Assembly: GCA_030390025.1 (NCBI GenBank)
Contig: CM059432.1
Coordinates: forward strand, 123,382,001-123,446,000
Reading direction: 5' to 3'
DNA length: 64,000 nucleotides
Origin: Squalus acanthias
Lineage: Eukaryota
The translations under genes and the position numbers were made by a program. Positions 37,202-48,810 of this stretch are shown piece after piece. Under the pieces are notes generated by a model. That model made no database searches. It was not told the origin of the DNA and worked only from the letters and a program-made list of their open reading frames with translations. Numbering within the stretch: the stretch's first letter is position 1; every line of letters starts with the position of its first letter.

Positions 37202-37850
37202 GGGGGACGATTTTCGCCCCCATTTCCAAGTGGGGATGGGTCAGTAGCGCGTTGGAAACCATGGTTCAGCACTTACTGCCCCATTCCCACTGATGTCTGG
37301 GCCGCTGCCATTTTGGTGAGGTCCTTCATATGGGCAGCCTGCCAGAAAGCGTGCAAACCAGGGTTACATGATTAACGTAGAGCCCCAATGCAAGAACGCA
37401 TGCTGAGCAAGCCCCGCCCCGTTGAACTATATGTAAAGTAGCTTAACTAGAAGTCCTTAAAGGTACCGCTAGAGAATGCTTTGTAAATGGAAATGGTATG
37501 TTTTTTGAATAGTGTTATTCGGGCCAGGAGGAGCACCAATGCTCTTTCTGCCCCAACAAAAATCATACCACTCGATGCTGGTCCCTCCTCGGCTCCCCCA
37601 CCCCACCAGCGATCGCCTGCCCCTCCCCCACCCCTTAACCAGATTTGGTCAGCTTGGCTCCACAGAGGAGCTACTGGATTTGATGCCCCTGATCAGCCAG
37701 CTGCCTGTCCATGCTCCAAATGCGTGGGCAGTGCGCCAGTAGCATGTTAATGAGGCCCCACCATAAAAACTGGTCAGGTCTCTAGCGGGTGACATTGGGC
37801 GGGCGTCAGTCGGGCTCTGCCCAACGTCCAGCCAAACTCAACATCGGCCC
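37202..37850. mobile_element. Harbinger-type MITE (decayed)
   Basis: Ends GGGGGACGATTTT..AACATCGGCCCC; GC-rich interior. Confidence 0.5.
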
Positions 37851-38346
37851 CACTTTCTTACTGTGGGAGCTTTGTTCATCTAAACTGTTCCTTGGTGATT
37901 CAAACCCATTGTTTTCTTTCTTTAAACTGATCGGTTCCCTTTGAGATTTCAAACAGACTCAGATCGAAGCAGAATCAGTCTTTTAAATCTTGGAAAAGGG
38001 TTACTGGGCCTTCCTGGATTCTGAGTAGCTGACCACTCCCATTTAAACAGGAGCTGTCAGTCCTATAAAAACACAATCAATTATCCAACATTGTTCGAGT
38101 TTTGGATTATCCCTCTCTCCAGCCTATAACTGACAAAACTTGTGAGGCTTTAACCAAATAAGCTTGGTGCAAGAATCAGTCACATTGAGTATCCAGTCTC
38201 TTTATTAAAAAAAAGATTTACATTCTATGATTAGATTTAAAAGAACAGCAATTAAATCAAAACTAGGCAAAAATACTGTGATCTGTGTCACAGTCCTCAA
38301 CATAAATGGGCTCATAAATTGCATTAAAGTAGCAACAGCATTATAA

Positions 38347-39255
38347 ATTTTGCAGATGACACGAAACTTGCCAACGTAGTAGATAGTGATGAGGATAGTT
38401 ATAAGCTTCAGGCTGACAGAGACAGGATGGTGAAGTGGGCAGAAGCCTGGCAAATGGAGTTTAATGCGAAGAAGTGTGAAGTGATGCACTTTGGGAGGAC
38501 TAATATGGAAAGACAGTATACTATAAATGGCACAATTCTGAAAAGTGTAGATCAGCAGAGAGACCTTGGTGTCCATATACACAAATCCTTAAAGGTGGCA
38601 GTGCAAGTTGATAAGGTGGTTAAAAAAAAACATATGGGTTACTTGGGTTTATAATTAGAGGAATAGAATATAAAAGCAAAGAAATCATGCTAGAACTTTA
38701 TAAATCACTGGTTAGGCCTTAGCTGGAGTATTGTGAACACTTCTGGGCACCACACTTCAGGAAAGATGTAAAGGCCTTAGAAAAGGTACAGAGGAGGTTG
38801 AGCAGCCTGTTACCAGGGATGAAGGACTTCAGTTAGGAGAAGAGGTTGGAAAAGTTAGGACTGTACTCCTTAAATCAGAGAAGGTTAAGAGGTGACCTAA
38901 TAGAGGTTTTCAAGATGATGAGAGGCTTTGATAGAGTAAAGAGTGAAAAACTATTCCCTCTGGCAAGTGGGTCAATAACCAGAGGTCATAGATTTAAAAT
39001 CATTGGCAAAAGATCTAGACGGGAGATGTGAACTTTATCACTCCAAGAACCTGGAACGCTCTACCTGAAAATGTGGGAAGCAGATTCAATAAATAGTTTT
39101 AAAAGGGAGTTGGACAGGTTCTTGAGGATGAGGAACTTACAGGGTTACAGACAAAAAGCGGGGATGTGGGACTAAGCACGACTGCTCTTTCAAAGAGTCG
39201 GCACAGGTACGATGGGCCGAATGGCCTCCTGTGCTGTATTTTTTCTATGATTCTA
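38347..39255 (+). mobile_element. CR1 LINE 3' fragment
   Basis: FADD at about 38350, WQMEFNAKKCEVMHFG, LGLYSL..RRLRGDL. Confidence 0.88.
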
Positions 39256-39757
39256 ACATAGCAGCCTCACTCGGCGAGACCATATGTCCTCCTGGTCTCC
39301 CTGGGCCTTGCATTAATTGTGTTAAGGTGGCATGTAAGTGATCTGCTCACAGGTTTTCACCAATGGTGATCTCAACTGGTCACTAGGAGGCAAATGAGAA
39401 TGGCTGGGAGGCAATCTTGCTTGGGACTTTCCCTTTACCTACGGTCAGGTGTCTGACCACCACATAGCATCTCACCACAGCAGCAGCTGTTTATTTAGCG
39501 TCATGGGGGAAAATCATGGCTGACATCCCTCCCCCCTCTACTGTGCTGCAACATTTTAAACATGCACAAAATTAAATGCCCTGGGATGATTTTGTGTTCT
39601 TACAAACTCAAAATCCGATTGAAATGGCGCAAAAAGATAAAAGCACTTCAAGTTAAAATAAAATGTAAATAACTTGTTATAAAGCAGTCTGAATCCATAA
39701 GTGGGATTGAGGGATATTCAAGAGTAAAACAGCAGCCGCTCACTCATTTTCCTCTAG

Positions 39758-39776
39758 TGTCAGCTGTGGCTCAATT

Positions 39777-39807
<31 letters not shown>

Positions 39808-40225
39808 GTGGGTTCAAATCCCACTCCAGGGACTTGAGAGCACATAAAGCTGGGCTGACACTGCAGTGCTGAGGGAGTGCTGCACTGTTGGAGGTGTCGT
39901 CTTTCAGAGGAGACATTAAACCGAGGCCCTGTCTGCCCTCTCAGGTGGACGTAAAAGATCCCATGGCACTATTTCGAAGAAGAGCAGGGGAGTTATCCCC
40001 AGTGTCCTAGCCAATATATTTATCCCTCAACCTACATAACAAAAACAGATTATCTGGTCATTATCACATTGCTGTTTGTGGGAGCTTGCTGTGCGAAAAT
40101 TGGCTACCGCGTTTCCACATTACAACAGTGACTACACTCCAAAAGTACTTAATTGGCTGTAAAGTGCTTTGAGACGTCTGGTGGTCGTGAAAGGCGCTAT
40201 ATAAATGAAAGCCTTTCTTTCTTTC
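39758..40225 (+). mobile_element. Deu-domain tRNA SINE, full length
   Basis: A and B boxes (TGGCTCAATTGG, GGTTCAAATCC), Deu core and L2-like tail. Confidence 0.88.
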
Positions 40226-41364
40226 TAATGGAAAATCCATATCCTTTGCCATGGTCTCAACGTTACATTGCAATTCTGTATGCAACACCATTGTCTATTG
40301 GACGACTTCAAGAAGGTAGCTTGAAAGAGAAGCTTACTCCAAGGATAAGTGCTATGATGGCTAACCACTCGCACCAAATATGTGACTCCCCCACCCACAT
40401 GATCACCATTAGTCCTCCGTTTGTCGAGTAAAAGTGTGGCATGGACACTTTGGTGATGTGAGCCAACTGGATTCTCTTGGACCGTGGTTTCTTCCAACTA
40501 ATAGTGTCAGTGGTGCTTCATTTTCAAACAGCCTTTTTGCTCTTCGTTGAGACGCCTCTGAGCACTTGCTATGTTTCGGTGAAAAGCTCATCAGAAACAG
40601 GACAAAGTCAAATGAGCTCCCGATCGGTCGGAAAAAAGGCTGAACTCATTGACACCAATCAAAGCTACCTTCTCCTTTTAATGATTTGCTATCCAATCTA
40701 AACTTTAACCATTTGTAATATGGTTTGTTAGCCTGGGGTAGAAAAAGAGACATTAAAAAGAATCAGTCAGCCCACAATTAGTCTAAGCAATAATGATTGC
40801 TCAGGTCCAGTTAGAAACCAACAGTTTTGGTGTTTTTGAGGCATTATTATGCAAATTTGTAGCACTAGTGGAGCATATCAGGACTAAATGTGATAGTGTA
40901 CAAATTTATGGGTAGAACTAAGGGATGTCGCACAATGTTGCACCATCAGTCCTATCTGTAATTTACCTTGAGCCAGTTTGATTGAGAAAAGAGCCCGTGA
41001 AATTGTGCGGATTCACTGCGTGTGAAGTCTTGCTCAATGAGAGCAGGATCAGAGAATTGAGTGCAGACGTCAGCGTGCCTGATTTGCAGCCCTCCCGGTT
41101 TTCTGGCCTTTAATTGGAAGAGTCTGTGCTGGAAATCACTGGTCCAAAAAGATACCCTGAGAAACACTGGAACTATGTTGTAAACGAAAGGTGATTTCCA
41201 ACAAATGTGTGAACACAGAAATGGAGTTTGCCATTCACAGAAAGCTCAGGCTGATTGACTCCCAAGGGTAAGAGGCAATGGATATTAAAAAGGATATTGC
41301 TGCACATCAACATCGAGTTCAACAATTTCAGACCATAACCTCTGCCCCTATATTTGTTTTCACA

Positions 41365-41699
41365 TGGCAGCTGTCGATCATTCTGCCATTGCCATTTACA
41401 CCTCAACTAAACTCATCTTTTGTTTCTTAACTTGTCCCATTACCATCTCCTTTTGCCTTGCACCATCATCCCTTTTGTCTCTTAATCTCTCCTGCCTTCC
41501 ACCCTATCACAGACCTTCCCTTTTGTTCTTTCCTCCCCTCCCCCCTCTCCCGGCCCCTGCACTTGCTTAAAAACCTGTTACACCTCCAACTTTTTCCAGT
41601 TCTGATGAAGGGTCATCGACCTGAAACGTTAACTCTGTTTCTCTCTCTACAGACGCTGCCTGACCTGCTGAGTATTCCCAGCACTTTCTGTTTTTATTT
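41365..41699 (+). mobile_element. Penelope-like element 3'/pLTR fragment
   Basis: Pyrimidine-rich tract, then CTGATGAAGGGTC..GAAACGTTAACTCTGTTTCTCTC..GCTGCCTGACCTGCTGAG. Confidence 0.7.
41598..41634 (+). ncRNA. Minimal type I hammerhead ribozyme motif (Penelope-type)
   Basis: AGTT, CTGATGA, A, stem II GGGTC/ATC/GACCT, GAAA, palindromic ACGT, T, AACT. Stem I is AGTT/AACT. Confidence 0.6.
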
Positions 41700-42054
41700 G
41701 CTGCACATGAACCAGCTTGGCTGGTGAAGTATGTATGTTATTTCTGAGTGGTACCAGCCATAATTAGGTTATAATGATAGAGAAGGGGGTGGATTTTAAC
41801 TGTTCCCACCGGATGCTCCTTTCCATTGACTGCAGTGGGCGAGAACATTTAAAATCAACCCCAAAGTGTGAGTAGGTCAGGAGTTTTAACCACCCCAGGC
41901 AGAGGTTATGGTCTGAAATTGTTGAACTCGATATTGATGTGCAACAATGTCCTATTTAATATCCATTGCCTCTTACCCTTGGGAGTCAATCAGCCCGAGC
42001 TTTCTGTGAATGGCACAAATTAGCATGCACTGAAATGATTGGCTAGAAACCTGA

Positions 42055-42367
42055 TCACAGAATCACAGAATCCCCACAGTGCAGATAGAGGCCATTTCGG
42101 CCCATCAAGCCTGCACCGACACATATCCCACCCTATCCCCGTAACCCCACGTATTTAATCCCCCTAACACTAAGGGTCAATTTATCATAGCCAAATCATC
42201 CTAACCTGCACATCTTTGGAATGTGGGAGGAAACCAGAGCACCCGGAGGAAACCCACGCAGACAGGGGGAGAATGTGCAAACTCCACACAGACAGTCACC
42301 CGCGGCCGGATTTGAACCCGGGTCCCTGGCACTGTGAGGTAACAGTGCTAACCACTATGCCACCGTG
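42055..42367 (-). mobile_element. V-domain tRNA SINE (HE1-like)
   Basis: The minus strand reads GGTGGCATAGTGGTTAGCAC..GGGTTCAAATCC..GTGGAGTTTGCACATTCTCCCC..GGGTTTCCTCCGGGTGCTCTGGTTTCCTCCCAC (V domain), with a CR1-like tail. Confidence 0.85.
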
Positions 42368-42377
42368 TTGCCAGATG

Positions 42378-42600
42378 TGGACCTCTGGGTGGCCCAGCAG
42401 GTTGAGGCAATGAGTAGCTAAGCCATACTGACTGAGGAGGTCCCAGTTGCGATCCTCCGGAGTTCGCTGACCTCAGTGGTGAGAGAGGCATTACAATTAG
42501 CCTCAGAGCACCTAGGTCATGGAGGAGAACCTGCGTGCAGTGTGTGGAGCCCTGGTAGAAGTATGTACTGTTTAGGACAAAGACAGGACTGGACTTGATC
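42378..42600 (+). mobile_element. LF-SINE-like 5' fragment
   Basis: GCTAAGCCATAC..GAGGTCCCAG..GCTGACCTCAG..TACAATTAGCCTCAG. Confidence 0.5.
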
Positions 42601-42861
42601 GCACAATTTTGCAACACATGCTCGCAGCGGGTTTGCTCCGATCGCGCAAGCGGAAGATTTATCCACTGTCCTTTTGCCAAGTTCAGGGCCGAATTACGGA
42701 AGGGCAATGGGGGTGGCATCATGTTGTCTTTGCTGCTGATGGAAACTAATTAAAAAAGCTTTTATAACAATGGCCTGCATTTCGCCCATTTCATTGGGGG
42801 TTCCGGATGTTCCGTGAAAAGAAATGACGGACAATCAGGAGAAACCAGCAGAAATTCATCC

Positions 42862-43205
42862 CCATAAACCTATACAGCACAGAAGAGGCAATTAGGTCCA
42901 TCGTGTCTGTGCCAACTCTCTGAAAGAGCTGCACCCAATCCACTACCCTTACCCTGACTCCTTTAAAATTTTTATATTTCAAATATGCATCTCTTAAAAC
43001 CTAGTATGGATTCTACTTCCACTACAGTTTCTGATAGGGCATTGCAAATCTCAACGACCCTGTGTAAAAAAGAAAATTCTCCTAACTGCTCCCTTTGTTC
43101 TTTTGCTGATGTTTTTTACATTTATCCTTGCTAATTTCTGACTCCTAAACCAGTGAAAATGCTTTTTCTTAATTTACATTATCAAAACCCCTCATCATTT
43201 TGAAC
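42862..43205 (-). mobile_element. Decayed CR1 3' fragment
   Basis: Tail ATACAGCACAGAAGAGGCA..; reverse similarity to the CR1 3' end. Confidence 0.6.
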
Positions 43206-43230
43206 ACGTGAGTCTATTTAGAAAGAAATT

Positions 43231-44530
43231 GGCATAGAAATTCGATTGCACCTGAAAACGGGTGCACAAAGGGTGGGGTGCGCATGGCACGTGCCTGTTC
43301 ACATGGTTGCTGGGACCCCATTGGTGCTGCCAGCTCATTATAATGTTTCAGGCGTGCAGCCATCGCGACCCACGCTATTCATTGACTGCGTGTCTGTTTG
43401 TGGGGGGAGGGGGGCAATCGAGCTTGAAGGCAGCCACTTAAAGGCAGCCTGCAACTCTTAAAGAGTGGGGGGGTTCACTTTGCCAGCAGAGAGCAGGGGA
43501 ACATTTTCAAAGGGATAAAATGGCTGGAAGAGGAATAGAGACGGCGCCCAGATTCTCGAATATAGCTTTGGAGACTCTGGTACAGGTGGTGAACAGGAGG
43601 AAGGAGATCCTGTTCACCCCAGGGGACAGAAAACCCTCCAGGAAATGCCTCTGCTGCCAATGGTATGAGGTCACTAAGGAGGTCAATGCCAGGAGCTTAG
43701 CTCTCAGGATATGGCTCCTCTGTCTCCCTTCGTACTTCTATCTCATCCTACACACTCTGCATGACCAAGTGCAGCTGCCTTCACCAGCCACTTCTCTGCT
43801 CTCTCTTCACACTAAAAGCTAACCCTTGTCCCTCTCTTTCATTTCAGGTGCTGCCCTGTACCACTTGAGGAAGAGGAGGCCAACCTTCCCAACGCTCGAT
43901 CTGATCCTAACAAGCACCAGCTCATTGACTGGCACCATGTGCACTTTAGAGATTAGGTTAGAGGCGGGGTCTTCGTATGGTGAATCACGAACCACAAGTG
44001 CGCAGGAGCTAGGGTAAGGGTGATAGGACGCCATAGGTACCAGCTCGCCGGAGGGCAAGATCACATACTAGTTCCGCTTCAGAGGAATCAGATGCTGACT
44101 TCGAGGGCCCAAGCTATCAAAGAAGGCTGATGGGCTGCACCAGGGAATGTTAGGTACACTGGGCAGCCTGCCAGTGAGCTAGTGCACAGTAGCTCAGAGA
44201 ATGCTGGAGTCCAGCTCAACCTTGTGTTGCAGCTTGGCGCAGAGTATGGTCAGCTCCATGACCATGTCAGTGGCACCCACCATGATGGAGCCTTTGCTGA
44301 CAGCTCCCATGGAAGCTCAGACGGCTGCCAACTTGGCTCTGGGGGCAAGTGTTGACAGGGGCTTCCAGAGCGTCATGTCACTCCTGCACTCTGCTCTCGC
44401 GCAGAGCCGTACAAGTGCTGAGGCACAAACCCAGGGGTGTGGCCTTGCTGCCCAAGTAAAACAGGCACAGAATAATCCAACTTTTCAGCCTCTAACTTTT
44501 GGTGACTGACCAGCATTTTAGAAATTTCGA
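43231..44530 (+). mobile_element. Decayed Harbinger derivative with Myb remnant
   Basis: Left end similar to 16339. ORF 43520 MAGRGIETAPRFSNIALETLV..RRKEILF..WYEV..VNARSL. 44201-44509 resembles Myb exon 3 (MEAQTAA). The right boundary is uncertain. Confidence 0.65.
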
Positions 44531-44567
44531 GTAAGCCCACTCAAAAACCAGACTATGTTGTCCAATA

Positions 44568-44993
44568 CCTATATTCTCTGGAGTTTAGAAGAATAAGAGG
44601 TAATCTCATTGAAACGTATCAAATTCTTAGCGGGCCTGACGGGGTAGATGCTGAGAGGCTGTTTCCCTTGACTGGAGAGTCTAGAACCAGGGGGCATAGT
44701 CTCAGGATAAGGGGTCGGCCATTTAGGACTGAGATGAGGAGAAACTTCTTCACTCAGAGGGTTGTGAATCTTTGGAATTCTCTACCTCAGAGGACTGTGG
44801 ATGCTCAGTCGTCGAGTATATTCAAAACTGAGATTGATGGATTTTTGGACACTAAGGGAATCAAGAGATATGGGGCTCGGGCGGGAAAGTGAAGTAGATG
44901 TAGAAGATCAGCCATGATCTGAATGACTGGCGGAGCAGGTTTGAGGGGCCGTATGGCCTACTCCTGCTCCTATTTCTTATCTTCTTATGTTCT
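44568..44993 (+). mobile_element. CR1 LINE 3' fragment
   Basis: RTRGHSLRIRGRPFRTEMRRNFFTQRVVNLWNSLP followed by the 3' UTR. Confidence 0.9.
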
Positions 44994-45502
44994 AATACTG
45001 CACAATGGTATTGCTAGATGAAATCTATCACATTTAGGGTTAGGGTTAGCATACTGTAGTATTGTTGGATTGAGACGAAAATAATTGGATCAAATCGTGT
45101 AGAGTTCCCCTCCTCTCTGCCCCGCAACCCATCAAACCTGTACACAGATTTAAACCACTGACGTTGTTGAATCGCATAGGGGGAAATTTATTTCCAAAAA
45201 TTTCTTGTCCCATTCCTATTGAAGAACAGTGGGAAACTCCAAACCATAGCCAATCTCAACCCATAACAATTAAAGCACATCAAAACTCCAAGGCCTAGAA
45301 ACTCATTTATGCCTGAAAACCGGTCACGTCACCTAAGCCTCCAATATGGCAGGCAGGAAGAGCATGCTCATTACAAGCCAGAAGTGCGCTATCTGCCATA
45401 TTGGTATTGGCAAAAAAATAGGCATCTAGTTCCCGTGCCTGAAACAGGGTTGGACCGCTGTGTTCAGGAAAACCAGGCCTAACCTCCCATTTCAACCCTA
45501 CA

Positions 45503-46022
45503 TAAACTTGAGCTCATCCAAAACTCCGCTGCCCGTATCCCAACTTGCATCAAGTCCTGATTACCCATCACCCTTGTGCTTGCTGACCAACATTGGTTCC
45601 CAGTCCAGCAATGCCTCAATTTTAAGATTTTCATCCTTGTTTTCAAATCCCTCCATGGCCTCGTCCCTCCTTATCTCTGTAACCTCTTCCAGCCCTACAA
45701 GCCTTCGAGATCTCTGCGCTCCTCCGATTCTGGCCTCTGGCGCAGCCCCGAATGTAATCGCTCCACCATTGTGCCTTCAGCTGCTTCGGCCCTAAGCTCT
45801 GGAATTCCCTCCCTAAACCTCTCCGCCTCTCTAATTCTCTTTCTTCCTTCAACCCATAACAATTAAACCTACCTTTTTGTCCAAGCTTTTGGTCACCCAT
45901 CCTAATATCTCCTCAGATATATGTGGCTCAGTGTCAAATTTTGTTTGATTACGCTCCTGTGAAGCACCTTGGGACGTTTCACTACGGTAAAGGCCCTATG
46001 TAAATATAAGTCGGTGTTGTTG
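45503..46022 (+). mobile_element. L2 LINE 3' fragment
   Basis: FKIFILVFKSLHGLVPPYL; L2 tail. Confidence 0.85.
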
Positions 46023-47380
46023 TCACCGGCGGTCTTTAAAGGAACTGCTGCCAGCCATATTAAAAAGGTAAGCTTGTTATAAATAAAGATAGGAGTGCTC
46101 CTCCTGACCCCACATTAAAGTCACGTGCCATTGCTGGGCATCACTCACCCCCTCCAGGTCACTGCCTGGCCTCACTGCCTCCCGAAGATTATTTCTCTTC
46201 TTTTCCCCTGTACAAAAATTATAAGTGCTGATTTCCTTGGGTAATTCTTATGTAAATATCTATTCTCGCTATTCAGCAAGGATATTATTGTGGTGTCTAT
46301 TAATGTAATAGCAGACTGCTTTATTCTCACGAGAATTCATTTTAATAACTTCCTGCTGCAAACTACGATTTAAAATTCAAATTTTTTTAATATACTAAAA
46401 TTGGATTAAGCTCAATTCATTGCATGAAAACTTTTATTATGTTAATGTAGGAAATTAATTCATAAATTTAACCTCACTGCTAAGATGCAAAATACTTAAT
46501 TTAATTTAAAGAGTTATCATAAACAGAACTAGTTCTAATTATGTACATGTGATGGTATAATGAAAGCCAAGCATGCCAAGAAATTCCCAGCTCCCTTTTA
46601 CCATTTCTCGGGTTATTTCTCTTTCATTTCCTCCAAGGTTATTTAAAATTCAACAGCAAGTGGTTACCCGGCGAACAGTGTGCTACTGCACTGTATTCTT
46701 TCAGATAATGGCTTAGAAATTAGGCCGCGTCTATTTGCATATGCAATAGGGCCTAACACCGGTTTCAGGTGCAGGTAAAGGACGCCTCTGTTTTGTCCTT
46801 ACCCAACATGGTGGGTGGCGCCACTTCCGGCCAGAATTGTGCGCACGCTTCCTGCCTGGCATTTTGGGGCCTTAGCAGTCTGAAAAACGGGCGCTGTGCG
46901 GACCATAGGGTCTACGCTAATGGACTCCAGTGAACTCCAGTATAAGAGCTCTCTCCTTAACTCAACTCCAGCAATCCCATCCCTCCAGCTCAGAAAACCA
47001 AGGAACTGAAGGACTTTGTTACTAATACTTCACAATAAAGCAAATTTAAAATGACATTTCTCTTTCCAACAAGCTGTTGAGTAAAATTCAACAAATTTAA
47101 ATGTCAGATAAAAGGGTACATAATAAATAGATTAATCCATGTATCAATTTAAAATATGTCGGGAAAAATCAATTTATTGTGGTGTTAGAAGCACTAGCAC
47201 CCAAAGCAAAATCAATCAATCCAGCCTCATGGCCTACGTGACCTTAATCCCAATGAGAACCCCTCTCCCTACCCCATCCCGAAATGATAACTAAGAATAT
47301 CTTGTGCTAAGTAGCTGGATTGCAGTTACTGTTAATACTTTCCATTTTATAAGATTCAGTAGAATGCCGAGAATATTTAC

Positions 47381-47488
47381 CTTATGAAAGTTCCGGAAAT
47401 AGGCCGCCTTTTCATCAGGAAATTTCTCTAACCTCCGAGGGCCTTTGCTGGAGGCCTTCTTAAATACCAACCAACACCGTCTATACAT
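47381..47488 (-). CDS. DOK6: Docking protein 6, coding exon 2 (PH domain)
   Basis: 108-bp exon with a polypyrimidine ..TTTTTCTAACAG acceptor and a GTAAAT donor, encoding [36 protein letters not shown]. The [20 protein letters not shown] segment is DOK6-type. Confidence 0.95.
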
Positions 47489-47744
47489 CTGTTAGAAAAA
47501 TAAAAAGAATGCAAACAAGCCTGATTAGTGTACCGTTAAGATATTAGAATTGGAACATGATGATAATGAAGATAATATTGCCCAGTGTGGGATTTAAACT
47601 AACAATAAAACCCACAGGCAACTGTACGTTTATTATTGTTACATCCGACATCACGAGCCTGGGTTAGACAAAAGCATTTTTTAAAACTTCACATTGCAAT
47701 AACCAAAGCATTCGATTTTCCCCCCTCCCGCCCCCCACCATCCC

Positions 47745-48810
47745 CAGCACAATTTTCTCCCCTTCTCTCTTGAAGGTGATAACCTATGCTGGAATACAGT
47801 TCAACGGGTGCCATCTGCGGCCTTACAGCACCTTGTCCAGTTAGCCATTCCACGTGTGTCAGACTAGACAGGGAGGGGGTTATTTTAACCCTCCAGGAAG
47901 GGCAAGGGAGGGGCGGGGTTTAAATTCTTAAAAATCTGAAACCCAACCCCAACCCGCCTAATCCGTTTTAACCAGGATGGGCTTGGGGGGGTGAGTGGGA
48001 GAGTAGCCTGCTCTTGAGAGGCGGGTCAGTGATTTAACTATGCTAATGAGGCTGCATGCTTCAGATTTTAGCAACCTTTTAGATTTAACGGCTGCAGGCC
48101 AGGTTTCCCAGGGCTCGGGAATCCCGGCAGCTGAATGGATGCAAGAACGGCCGGATCCAACTGGTAAGTGCTGTATATAGCACTGCTTGTGGTCCAGGAG
48201 GAGCAGGAGTGCTTCCCCTCAGCTCCTCAAGCTTACCTATGGTGATCTGCCTTCCTCCACAAGATCGGCCTCCCTCCCCCTGCTCTGAGCACCCCACTCC
48301 ATCCTCCCCCCTCCGCAATTCTCCATGCTGACACCCCCGCGATCTCCCCTGCAATCTCCCCCCTCCTCCCGCGATCTCGCTCCCCCCCCCCGCCCACGTT
48401 CTCTCCCTCCCTCCTCTCCGTTTCCAGGCTGCGGCTTTGTACTTCAATCTGGCCGGCTGCCGGGAGGGAGACAGGGAAAAAAATTCAAATGAGGTCCTGC
48501 CATTAAATTCGGCAGGATCTCTGCGTTCCCCATACTTCCGGGTTTCCCAGCCGCTCCATGTCGCCCCCGCTCCCTCCCCACCTCCCCGTAAATATCGGGC
48601 CTCGAGTGTCAGCAGGCCCTTTGATCATAGGCGAGATCCCATCCAAATGCAAACCTGTCCTCACACAACATCCATGTACATGTACTTTCCGAAGGGAACG
48701 ATGGATAGTGATCAGGAGTAGAAACCCTGGCGATTTTTGTGCTCTTTGTCATTGGGGCCAATTTAAGCTCATTGCTCCAGACAGCCAAAATCAGCTAACA
48801 ACAATTCTAA
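47745..48810 (-). mobile_element. LF-SINE-like element split by a Harbinger-type MITE (47876-48603)
   Basis: The LF-SINE-like sequence ..CTAGACAG(G)GAG resumes as GAGTGTCAGCAGGC; GAG occurs on both sides of the GC-rich insert. Confidence 0.6.

Larger units (their letters stand above)
41229..42015. repeat. 118-bp inverted repeat (41229-41346 / 41898-42015) with a 551-bp spacer
   Basis: Base-by-base comparison gives 113/118 matches and no gaps. Confidence 0.95.
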
